A stretch of DNA of 64,000 nt from NCBI RefSeq assembly GCF_001632775.1, contig NZ_CP015249.1, positions 288,686 to 352,685 on the forward strand, given 5' to 3'. Under the pieces are notes generated by a model. That model was not told the origin of the DNA. It saw nothing but the letters and a program-made list of their open reading frames with translations, and searched no databases. The translations under genes and the position numbers were made by a program. This document shows positions 39,452-47,503 of the stretch, one piece after another. Numbering within the stretch: the first letter of the stretch is position 1; each line of letters opens with the position of its first letter. Source of the stretch: Dokdonella koreensis DS-123. Lineage in GTDB: Bacteria; Pseudomonadota; Gammaproteobacteria; Xanthomonadales; Rhodanobacteraceae.

Positions 39452-39564
39452 GGGTCCGGCCGGCGCCCGCGGGGTGCCGGCCGGTCGCGCCTGCCGTGTC
39501 TGGATCGGGTGTTGTGCGTTCAGGCGCGGCGCCGCCTGTCAGGCACCGCAGCGAGAATCGCCGA

Positions 39565-41178
39565 TCAGTTCACCGGAGCTGCGACGCCGCGCGCGATCGC
39601 CTGGTCGAGCAGCGCAATCAGGTCCTGCTGCATCCGGGCGCTGGCGGCCGTCATGCGGCGGCTGAGCTTCTCCTGTTCCTGCGAGAGGGCCTCCATGCGC
39701 GCCGACAGTTCGTTCATCTCCTGCGTCAGTTCGTTCTGCTGGACGTCCAGCGCTGCCCGGCGCTCGCTGCGGCTGTCCTCGCGCGCCGCCGCGAGCCGGC
39801 CTTGGGCGATGCCGACCTCGCTCATGCGGATCCCGATCTCGCCCTGCTTGGCGCCGATCTCGCCCTGGCGCGCGCCGATCGTCCCTTGTTCCCGGCCGAT
39901 CACCTGCAGCGTGCGGTAGGCGGTGCGCACGCGCTTGAGCGTGGCCGCGTCGCGCACGACGTAGGCCGTGCCGTCCTTGCGCGCCCACCACAGCGGCTTG
40001 CCGTCGTGCAATGCGCGCGCCGCGGACAGGTCGTCGGTGCTGCCGCTCATCTGCGCGCGGTCCTCGTCGAACAGCAGCACGTTGTCGATGCGCACGTCGC
40101 TGCCGGTGATCGTGGTACTGGAGGTCGTGCGCACGTCGCTGCCGGCGATCGTGGTGCTGGAGATCGATCGTGTGGATGCGACGACCGGTGCAGCGACCAG
40201 GCGGTACGGCAGGGTGCCGAGCACGACCAGGGCGACGGTCAGTGCGGTCATCGCCGCGGGTGCGGATGTGGTGCGGGCTTGCAGCATGAGGAGCCTCCGT
40301 TTGAGCGCGGTGAACGTGGGGGACGCGCCGGTGAGGCCGGCGCAGGGACGTGGACTGGTGCCCAGGCGCACCAGCAGGCGGCCATAGGCCTGCGCGTGCT
40401 CGTGGGCGCCGGCCAGTACGGCGGCATCGCAGGCCGCCTCACGGGCCAGGGCGTACTCGCGCGCGGCCAGGCGGGCCAGCGGATGGAAGAAGAACGCGCA
40501 CTCGGCCAGGGCCGGTATCCAGCCCCAGGCGAGGTCGCGCCGCCGCAGGTGCGCCAGCTCATGGTGCAGTGCCAGGCGCAGGTCCTGCGCGCTCCAGTCG
40601 GCGGCCTCCGCCGGCAGCAGGACCGTCGGCCGCCACAGGCCGAGCAGCTGCGGCGAGCGGATCTCGGACGAGACGCGCAAGGCCGGCGGATGCCGGATCG
40701 CGAGCGCGTCGGACAGGTGTCCCAGCTGCGCGACGGCGTCCGGCCAGTAGCAGGCCCGTGCGTGCCGCAGTCGCCGCCGCGTCAGTGCCAGCGCACGCGC
40801 GCCCTGCGCCAGCCGCAGGCCGACGCCGCCGAGCCAGGCCAGGCCCAGCCAGGTCAGCAGGCCCGGCGCGCCGGTCGCGGCCGGCACCGCGGCGCCGGGT
40901 CCGGCCGCGGCGACGAAGGCCGGAGACTCGGCCAGCGATGCCGTCGCGGCAATCGGGACCGATGCGGCGGCCGGCAACAGCGGCAGTTCCAGCGGCGCCT
41001 GCCAGACCAGGCCGGCCAGCAGCTGCAGCGACACCAGCCACCACAGCGTGCAGCGTGCCGTCGCCGGCAGGCCGGGCAGCCAGCGGCAGGCCGCCAGCAC
41101 CAGCGCGCACAGCGGCAGCGACTGCACCACTGTCGCGGCCAGCGCCGGCAGCAGGGTCGATTCGACGAAGGCGAGCAT
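39565..41178 (-). CDS. BlaR1-family M56 peptidase signal transducer lacking a penicillin-binding sensor domain (537 aa)
   Basis: 4-TM N-terminus, HELAHLRRRD (HExxH of the M56 family), a further TM, then a Ser/Thr-rich tandem repeat (STRSISSTTIAGSDVR/TTSSTTITGSDVR) and a long coiled-coil (QGEIGAKQGEIGIRMSEVGIAQ..., NELTQEMNELSARMEALSQEQEKL) in place of a PBP domain. The ATG is 3 nt downstream of the blaI stop. Confidence 0.85.
   Translation of the reverse strand: MLAFVESTLLPALAATVVQSLPLCALVLAACRWLPGLPATARCTLWWLVSLQLLAGLVWQAPLELPLLPAAASVPIAATASLAESPAFVAAAGPGAAVPAATGAPGLLTWLGLAWLGGVGLRLAQGARALALTRRRLRHARACYWPDAVAQLGHLSDALAIRHPPALRVSSEIRSPQLLGLWRPTVLLPAEAADWSAQDLRLALHHELAHLRRRDLAWGWIPALAECAFFFHPLARLAAREYALAREAACDAAVLAGAHEHAQAYGRLLVRLGTSPRPCAGLTGASPTFTALKRRLLMLQARTTSAPAAMTALTVALVVLGTLPYRLVAAPVVASTRSISSTTIAGSDVRTTSSTTITGSDVRIDNVLLFDEDRAQMSGSTDDLSAARALHDGKPLWWARKDGTAYVVRDAATLKRVRTAYRTLQVIGREQGTIGARQGEIGAKQGEIGIRMSEVGIAQGRLAAAREDSRSERRAALDVQQNELTQEMNELSARMEALSQEQEKLSRRMTAASARMQQDLIALLDQAIARGVAAPVN
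40093..40170. repeat. 39-bp tandem repeat x2 inside the blaR1-like gene (encodes the 13-aa Ser/Thr repeat)
   Basis: CACGTCGCTGCCGGTGATCGTGGTACTGGAGGTCGTGCG followed by CACGTCGCTGCCGGCGATCGTGGTGCTGGAGATCGATCG. Confidence 0.7.
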
Positions 41179-41180
41179 CG

Positions 41181-41567
41181 TCAGCGCTCCTTCCGTCGCG
41201 ACTGTAGCGTGGCGACCAGGGCTTCCAGCTCGGCCAGTTCGGCATCGCTGACCTCGCTGCGCTCGGACAGCCAGGCGACGAACGGGGAGACCGATCCCTG
41301 CAGCGTCTTCTCGACGAACTGGCCGACCGCCCCGCGCACCACCTCGTCCTGCCCGGCGGTGGCGGCATAGCGGTAGACGCCGCCGGCCGGGCGCCGCGTG
41401 AGGAAGCCCTTGGCGCGCAGGCGCTCCATCATCGTCAGGACGGTGGAGCGGGCCAGCCCGCGCGGCTCGCCGAAGTCGGCGGCGACCTCGCCGACCGAGG
41501 CATCGCCGTGCGCGGCGATATGGTCCAGCAGCGCCAGTTCCTGGTCGCCGATCGATTTGCGTGACAT
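41181..41567 (-). CDS. blaI: BlaI/MecI/CopY-family transcriptional repressor (128 aa)
   Basis: Internal ATG (complement of 41565..41567). A winged helix LALLDHIAAHGDASVGEVAADFGEPRGLARSTVLTMMERLRAKGFLTRR is followed by a C-terminal dimerisation helix. Confidence 0.85.
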   Translation of the reverse strand: MSRKSIGDQELALLDHIAAHGDASVGEVAADFGEPRGLARSTVLTMMERLRAKGFLTRRPAGGVYRYAATAGQDEVVRGAVGQFVEKTLQGSVSPFVAWLSERSEVSDAELAELEALVATLQSRRKER

Positions 41568-41576
41568 GGGTGCACC

Positions 41577-41621
41577 TTGACTACACGTGTCGTCACGGTA
41601 GCGATGACTACATTTGTAGTC
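41577..41621. promoter_or_regulatory. candidate BlaI operator and promoter region upstream of blaI
   Basis: TTGACTACA at 41577..41585 is followed by the perfect palindrome GACTACA-TT-TGTAGTC at 41606..41621. BlaI/MecI operators are built from TACA/TGTA dyads. Confidence 0.5.
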
Positions 41622-41929
41622 AAGTGCTGCCTGGCTGCCGCGCGCACCTGCCGCTCCGGGCTTGCCGGTTTCGGCGCCCGACGCGGATGCGTTCCCCGAA
41701 CGACGCCATGACGGTGGCCGCGCCCTCCTCGCGCACAGCGCGCGCCGTGTGCGACGAAACGAGGAACGCAATCGGCCGGCGGGCGATTCCGCCGGTGGTG
41801 CCGGTATCGGCATGTTCGACTCCCGGAGCGGCGCCACCCGGGTGTTCGGCCGCGGATTCGAGCCGCAGCTGCAGGGGGGCGATCGCACCGAGTTAGGCAA
41901 GGATTGCCTAACTCGGTAGACTCGCCGGC

Positions 41930-42380
41930 GGAGTCAGCCAGACAGTCGCGTCACGCTTGCGTGCCGAGGAAAGTCCGGGCTCCACAGAGCAGGGTGCCAG
42001 GTAACGCCTGGGCGGCGCGAGCCGACGGAAAGTGCAACAGAGAATAGACAGCCGAACGGCATCCGCGCCCGCCACGGTCCAGCCTCGTGCTGGAAGGGTC
42101 GTGACACTAGCGTCGGCGCGCAAGCGCTGGCGCTCAAGTGCTCCCGGCATCTGCCGTGGTGAAAGCGGATGTGCGTGGTGATGGTGAAACGGTGCGGTAA
42201 GAGCGCACCGCCTGCGGGGCCAACGCCGCAGGGCACGGCAAACCCCACCCGGAGCAAGACCGAATAGGGGGGCTATGGCGCGGCTCGCGTTGCCCCCGGG
42301 TTGGTCGCTTGAGCCTTGCGGCGACGCAAGGCCCAGAGGAATGGCTGTCCACGACAGAACCCGGCTTACCGGCTGACTCC
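41930..42380 (+). ncRNA. rnpB: RNase P RNA (bacterial type A)
   Basis: The P1 stem pairs GGAGTCAGCC (5') with GGCTGACTCC (3'). Universally conserved GAGGAAAGTCCGGGCTCCA and AGGGTGCCAGGTAACGCCTGGG are present, as are GGTGCGGTAAGAGCGCACC, CCCACCCGGAGCAAG and ACAGAACCCGGCTTA. The layout is collinear with E. coli M1 RNA. Confidence 0.85.
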
Positions 42381-42496
42381 TCTTCTTCTCGCGCATCCCC
42401 GGCGGCCAGGCCGTCACCGGGGATGCGCGCCACGGTCGCGAATGCCGCCGTGCCGTTGTGACACACTTGCCGGCCTTCCGGCTGCCGTCTTTCGCC

Positions 42497-43474
42497 ATGG
42501 ATCGCTACGAACGCATCCTGACCCTGCATCGCATCCTGAAATCGGCGCGCTATCCGGTGCCGATGGCGCGGCTGAAGGACGAGCTGGCCTGCTCGCGCGC
42601 CACGCTCTACCGCGACGTGGCGTTCCTGCGCGATGCGCTCGGCGCGCCGATCGAGAGCGATTCGGACCAGGCCGCAATCCGCTACGCCGACGACGAGGGC
42701 GAGCGCTTCGAGCTGCCGGGCCTGTGGCTGACCAGCGAGGAGCTGGCCGCCCTGCTGGCCTTGAACGAGCTGCTGGGGCGTTCGGATCCGGGCGTGCTGG
42801 CCGGCGCGCTGGCGCCGTTCCGCGCGCGCATCGAGCGGCTGCTGTCGGACCAGCACAGCGGCCGCACGCTGCCGATCGAGCGCATCCGCGTGATCGCCAG
42901 CGGTGCGCGCCGGCTCGACCAGGGCGTGTTCCGCGTCCTGGCTGGCAGCCTGCTCAACCGCCAGCGCCTGAACTTCCGCTACCGCGCCCGCTCCACCGAT
43001 ACGCTGACCGACCGCAGCGTCTCGCCGCAGCGCCTGGCGCACTACCGCGACAACTGGTACCTGGACGCCTGGGACCACGGCCGCGACGGCCTGCGCAGCT
43101 TCGCGCTCGACCGCATCCGCGACCCGGTGGTCCAGGCCGAGGCGGCGATCGACCGGCCGGCCGAGGAACTGGACGCGCACCTGGCGTCCAGCTACGGCAT
43201 CTTCTCCGGGCCGCCCAAGGCCTGGGCCACGCTGCGCTTCTCGCCGCACGCGGCGCGCTGGGTGGCCGACGAGCACTGGCATTCGCAGCAGCAGGGCCAG
43301 TGGCTGTCCGACGGCCGCTACGAACTCAAGCTGCCGTACTCCAACTCGCGCGAGCTGCTGATGGACGTGCTCAAGTACGGCCCCGATGCCGAGGTCGTCG
43401 CGCCGGTGTCCCTGCGCGAGGAGATGAAGATCCTCCTGCAGCTCTCGCTGGGCGCCTACCTGGCCGGCGGATGA
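42497..43474 (+). CDS. WYL-domain transcriptional regulator (HTH-WYL-WCX architecture), 325 aa
   Basis: N-terminal HTH MDRYERILTLHRILKSARYPVPMARLKDELACSRATLYRDVAFLRD and a central WYL region SPQRLAHYRDNWYLDAWDHGRDGLRSFALDRI. The stop overlaps the patatin ATG (ATGA at 43471..43474). Confidence 0.8.
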   Translation: MDRYERILTLHRILKSARYPVPMARLKDELACSRATLYRDVAFLRDALGAPIESDSDQAAIRYADDEGERFELPGLWLTSEELAALLALNELLGRSDPGVLAGALAPFRARIERLLSDQHSGRTLPIERIRVIASGARRLDQGVFRVLAGSLLNRQRLNFRYRARSTDTLTDRSVSPQRLAHYRDNWYLDAWDHGRDGLRSFALDRIRDPVVQAEAAIDRPAEELDAHLASSYGIFSGPPKAWATLRFSPHAARWVADEHWHSQQQGQWLSDGRYELKLPYSNSRELLMDVLKYGPDAEVVAPVSLREEMKILLQLSLGAYLAGG

Positions 43475-44409
43475 ACCCGCTGGAGGCCGCCAGCGGCGCC
43501 GCAGGCACGGGCCGCGTGATCTCGCTGGTCCTCGGCTCCGGCGGCGCGCGCGGCTATGCGCACATCGGCGCGATCGAGGAACTGACCGCCCAGGGCTTCA
43601 CCATCGCCTCGATCGCCGGCAGCTCGATGGGCGCCCTGGTCGGCGGCATCCACGCGGCCGGCAAGCTGCCGGTCTACCGCGACTTCGTCATCCCGCTGCA
43701 GCGCATCGGCATGCTGCGCCTGCTCGACTGGACGATGCGCGGCGGCGGCTTCATCAAGGGCGATCGCATCATCGGCGTGCTCAGCGAGCTGATCGGCGAT
43801 GCCGCGATCGAGGACCTGCCGATCGGCTACACCGCCGTGGCGGTGGACCTGGACACCCAGCGCGAGGTCTGGTTCTCCCGCGGTTCGCTGTTCGACGCCA
43901 TCCGCGCCTCGATCGCGATCCCGACGATCTTCCGGCCCCACCGCTACCAGGGCCGGCTGCTGGTCGACGGCGGCTTGCTCAACCCGCTGCCGGTCTCGGC
44001 GACGCTGCGCGACCTGACCGATTTCACGATCGCCGTGGACGTCGATGCGCCGGACGACCTGCCGATCGAGCCGCCCGCGCCTGCGCCGTCCCCGGCCAGC
44101 GGCCTGGCCGCGCGTTTCGGCAGCCTGTTCGGCGGCCTGCTCGAACGCGGCGCGCCGGCGGCGCCGCGCGAGCGCGAGCTGGGCATGGTCGAGCTGTTCG
44201 CGCGCTCGCTGGAGACCGTGCAGGGCACCATCAGCCGCCTGAAGCTGGCGGCCCAGCCGCCGGACTTGCTGATCTCGATCCCGCGCAGCGCGGCGGCGTT
44301 CTATGCGTTCGACCGCGCGGCCGACTTGATCGAGGTCGGCCGCCAGCGCACCCGCGAGGCGCTGGCCAACTGGCGGCCGCCCCCGCGCCGGTGGCCGCCG
44401 CACCTGTGA
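43471..44409 (+). CDS. patatin-like phospholipase (312 aa)
   Basis: Oxyanion motif LGSGGARGYAHIG, nucleophile elbow GSSMG (GxSxG) and catalytic Asp in VDGGLLNPLP. Confidence 0.85.
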   Translation: MNPLEAASGAAGTGRVISLVLGSGGARGYAHIGAIEELTAQGFTIASIAGSSMGALVGGIHAAGKLPVYRDFVIPLQRIGMLRLLDWTMRGGGFIKGDRIIGVLSELIGDAAIEDLPIGYTAVAVDLDTQREVWFSRGSLFDAIRASIAIPTIFRPHRYQGRLLVDGGLLNPLPVSATLRDLTDFTIAVDVDAPDDLPIEPPAPAPSPASGLAARFGSLFGGLLERGAPAAPRERELGMVELFARSLETVQGTISRLKLAAQPPDLLISIPRSAAAFYAFDRAADLIEVGRQRTREALANWRPPPRRWPPHL

Positions 44410-44434
44410 GGCGGCGGCCGCACGGCTGAAGCGG

Positions 44435-45034
44435 TCAGTGGTGCTTGCCGTTGGCCGGCTTGGCACCCTGCATCAGCTTGTCGGTATAGGCGATGCCGAT
44501 CGCCGACAGGATGAATACGCAGTGGATGATGGTCTGCCAGAGCACGCCGGTCGGCGTCAGCGAGCTGCAGCTGCGGCTGGTGACCGCCGACGTCGCGTCC
44601 TTGATCGCGGCCAGCATCTCCGGCGTGCAGAACGGCAGGCCTTCCAGCGTGCCGGCGGCGATGAAGGTCTTGAGCAGGTGGATCGAGGAGATGCCGATGA
44701 TCGCCATCGCCAGCTTGACCTTGAGCACCGACGCGTTGACGTGGCTCAGCCATTCGGGCTGGTCCGGGTGGCCTTCCAGCCGCAGCCGCGAGACGAAGGT
44801 CTCGTAGCCGCCGACGATCACCATGACCAGCAGGTTGGAGATCATCACCACGTCGATCAGGCCCAGCACGATCAGCATGATTTCCTGCTCGCCGAGGCTG
44901 GCGGCGCCGAGGATCAGGTGCCACAGCTCCTTGACGAACAGGACGACATAGACGCCCTGGGCGACGATCAGGCCGAGGTACAGCGGCAGCTGCAGCCAGC
45001 GCGAGAAGAAGATCAGGCGCGGAAGGGGGCGCAT
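44435..45034 (-). CDS. yqhA: YqhA / UPF0114 family membrane protein
   Basis: [26 protein letters not shown] matches the E. coli YqhA N-terminus (MYASRWLLAPVYFGLSLA). The longest ORF extends to 45055. Confidence 0.75.
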   Translation of the reverse strand: MRPLPRLIFFSRWLQLPLYLGLIVAQGVYVVLFVKELWHLILGAASLGEQEIMLIVLGLIDVVMISNLLVMVIVGGYETFVSRLRLEGHPDQPEWLSHVNASVLKVKLAMAIIGISSIHLLKTFIAAGTLEGLPFCTPEMLAAIKDATSAVTSRSCSSLTPTGVLWQTIIHCVFILSAIGIAYTDKLMQGAKPANGKHH

Positions 45035-45247
45035 CGAGTGGTGTGCGTCGGGCATCGGGGCTGGGCTCGGGAGGGGCGAAAGCGCGCGATTCTAGCAAGC
45101 CGTTCCGACACGCATGCCAGCCCGTTTCGATGCCCGATCGCTGGGGCCGGGCCTGCACCTGCGCATCCGGGCACGGTGCTATGCTCGCCGGACCCGCCGG
45201 CCGGGGCGATCGCAGGCGGTCTTGTTCATTTTTCCACAGGAGCCTGC

Positions 45248-47056
45248 ATGCGCTGGTCGCGGCTGACCACAAACGCCGAATTCCCGCTGCGGGTGGTGCT
45301 GCTCGCAGTCGCCGTGGCGGCCAGCCTGATCCTGCCGTACCTCATCCTGCAGCGCAGCGCGCAGACCACGGCCGAATCTTCCGCTTGGGTGCTCCACAGC
45401 GCCGACATCAAGGAAACCGTCCACGAGCTGGTCTCGGCGGTGGGCGAGCTTGAGGCCGTCGCCACCACGCGCTACGCGGACCTGTCCAACGGTGACGTGG
45501 CCGCCCAGTATGCCGGGCGCCGCCTGCGGCTGGTGCCGCTGCTCGATCGGCTGGCCGAGGCCACGCGCGACAATCCCGCCCAGCAGAACCGGGTCGGCAA
45601 CCTGGAGACCCTGATCGAGGGCCGGGCCCGGCTGATCGACGAGGCAATGCGGCAGCTCGACCAGGGCGATCGCACCGCCGCCGGCACCACGCTGCGCCAG
45701 GCCGGCGAGCTGTTCCCGTTCCGCAGTTCCGCCGGCGAGGTGCTCGCCGCCGAGGACGACCTGTACACCGAGCGCAGCGCGGAATGGCAGGACAACCAGC
45801 GCCGGGCCGGCTGGGCCACGCTCGGCATGCTGGCCGTGCAGCTGCTGCTGATCGGCTCGGTCATCTACGCCTCCGAGCGCCAGGTGCGCCACCGGCTGAA
45901 CGCCGAGTCGCGTGCCCGCCAGGCAGTGGCGCGCTCGCGCACCATCCTGCAGAACATCCGCGAGCCGATCCTGCTGCTCGACAACGGCCTGCGCGTGCTG
46001 TCGATGAACAAGGCCTTCCGCGAGGTCTACGGCGTGGACGGCGAGGAACCGGTCGGCGTGGCACTGGACCAGGTCGGCCAAAGCGCCTGGTCCGACGCGG
46101 CCCTGCACCAGCGCCTGATCGACGTGGCGGTGCGCGACCGCGAGCTGTGGGACTACGAGCTCACGCAGCGCACCGGCGAGGACATCGAGCGCATCGTCTT
46201 CGTCAATGCGCGCCGCATCCTGCTGTCCGAGCAGGAGTCGGCGATCCTCCTGACCGTCAACGACGTCACCGCCAGCAAGCGCGCCGAAGGCCAGATCCGC
46301 GACCTCAACCGCGAGCTGGCCGGGCAGGTGGAGCAGGTCTCGGAGGTCAACCGCGAGCTGGAGGCGTTCAGTTATTCGGTCTCGCACGACCTGCGCGCGC
46401 CGCTGCGCCACATCGCCGGCTTCGCCGACAAGCTCGAGCGCCACCTGGGCGAGGCGAGCGATCCGACCGCGCGCCACTACCTGGAGGTCATCGTCGAGTC
46501 GGCGCGGCGCATGTCCTCGCTGATCGAGGACCTGCTGCTGTACTCGCGCCTGGGCCGCAACGCCCTGCGCATGCAGCCGGTGGACATGCAGGCGCTGGCC
46601 GAGGAGATGCGCGGGATGTTGATGGCCGAGGCCGGCGACCGCATCATCGAGTGGCGCATCGGCGGGCTGCCGGTCGTCATCGGCGACGAGGGCATGCTGC
46701 GCCAGGTGTGGCAGAACCTGCTCGGCAACGCGGTCAAGTACACGGCGCGGCGCGAGCGCGCGCTGATCGAGGTCGGCATGGAGGACACGGCCGAGGACGG
46801 CCGGGTCTTCTACGTGCGCGACAACGGCACCGGCTTCGACATGGCCTATGCCGGCAAGCTGTTCGGCGTGTTCCAGCGCCTGCACAAGGCGTCGGACTTC
46901 CCGGGCACCGGCATCGGCCTGGCCAACGTGCGGCGCATCCTCGGCCGCCACGGCGGCCGGGTCTGGGTCCGGGCCGCGCCCGACCAGGGCGCCACGTTCT
47001 ACTTCTCGCTACCTGCGCCGAACGGTTCGGTGCCCCTTCCAGAGAGCGTCCGATGA
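45248..47056 (+). CDS. sensor histidine kinase with N-terminal CHASE3-like periplasmic domain and PAS domain
   Basis: ATG at 45248 follows AGGAG. TM, CHASE3-like region, TM, PAS (ILQNIREPILLLDNGLRVLSMNKAF), HisKA SHDLRAPLRHI and HATPase_c (N, G1 and G2 boxes: GNAVKYT, RDNGTGF, GTGIGL). Confidence 0.85.
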   Translation: MRWSRLTTNAEFPLRVVLLAVAVAASLILPYLILQRSAQTTAESSAWVLHSADIKETVHELVSAVGELEAVATTRYADLSNGDVAAQYAGRRLRLVPLLDRLAEATRDNPAQQNRVGNLETLIEGRARLIDEAMRQLDQGDRTAAGTTLRQAGELFPFRSSAGEVLAAEDDLYTERSAEWQDNQRRAGWATLGMLAVQLLLIGSVIYASERQVRHRLNAESRARQAVARSRTILQNIREPILLLDNGLRVLSMNKAFREVYGVDGEEPVGVALDQVGQSAWSDAALHQRLIDVAVRDRELWDYELTQRTGEDIERIVFVNARRILLSEQESAILLTVNDVTASKRAEGQIRDLNRELAGQVEQVSEVNRELEAFSYSVSHDLRAPLRHIAGFADKLERHLGEASDPTARHYLEVIVESARRMSSLIEDLLLYSRLGRNALRMQPVDMQALAEEMRGMLMAEAGDRIIEWRIGGLPVVIGDEGMLRQVWQNLLGNAVKYTARRERALIEVGMEDTAEDGRVFYVRDNGTGFDMAYAGKLFGVFQRLHKASDFPGTGIGLANVRRILGRHGGRVWVRAAPDQGATFYFSLPAPNGSVPLPESVR

Positions 47057-47496
47057 ATCGAGAGATCCGCACCATCCTGCTGGCAGAAGACAGCACCGCC
47101 GATGCCGAGATGGCGATGGACGCCTTGCGCGAAGCGAAGCTGGCCAACCCGGTCGTGCACGTCGAGGACGGCGTCGAGGCGCTGGACTACCTGCATGCGC
47201 GCGGCGCCTACGAAGGCCGCCCGGCCGGCAACCCGGCCGTCGTCCTGCTCGACATCAAGATGCCGCGCCTGGACGGCCTGGAAGTGCTCAAGCGCATGCG
47301 CGACGACGCGCGTTTCCGGCGCGTGCCGGTGGTGATCCTGTCCTCCTCGCGCGAGGAGAGCGACCTGGTCCACAGCTGGAACCTGGGCGTCAACGCCTAC
47401 GTGGTCAAGCCGGTGGACGTGCGCCAGTTCTTCGCCGCCGTGCAGACACTCGGCCAGTTCTGGGCCGTCCTCAACGAATCGCCCGACACGCATTGA
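47053..47496 (+). CDS. single-domain response regulator (CheY-like receiver), 147 aa
   Basis: Its ATG overlaps the kinase stop (ATGA). TILLAEDSTADAEM..VVLLDIKMPRLDG..AYVVKP carries the receiver signature. Confidence 0.85.
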   Translation: MNREIRTILLAEDSTADAEMAMDALREAKLANPVVHVEDGVEALDYLHARGAYEGRPAGNPAVVLLDIKMPRLDGLEVLKRMRDDARFRRVPVVILSSSREESDLVHSWNLGVNAYVVKPVDVRQFFAAVQTLGQFWAVLNESPDTH

Positions 47497-47503
47497 GCGC
47501 CGC

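Noticed and set aside
39226-41370. 714-aa ORF on the plus strand across the blaR1/blaI locus
   Set aside because: It is antisense to a well-supported M56 peptidase gene. The translation is Arg/Gly-rich and low-complexity.
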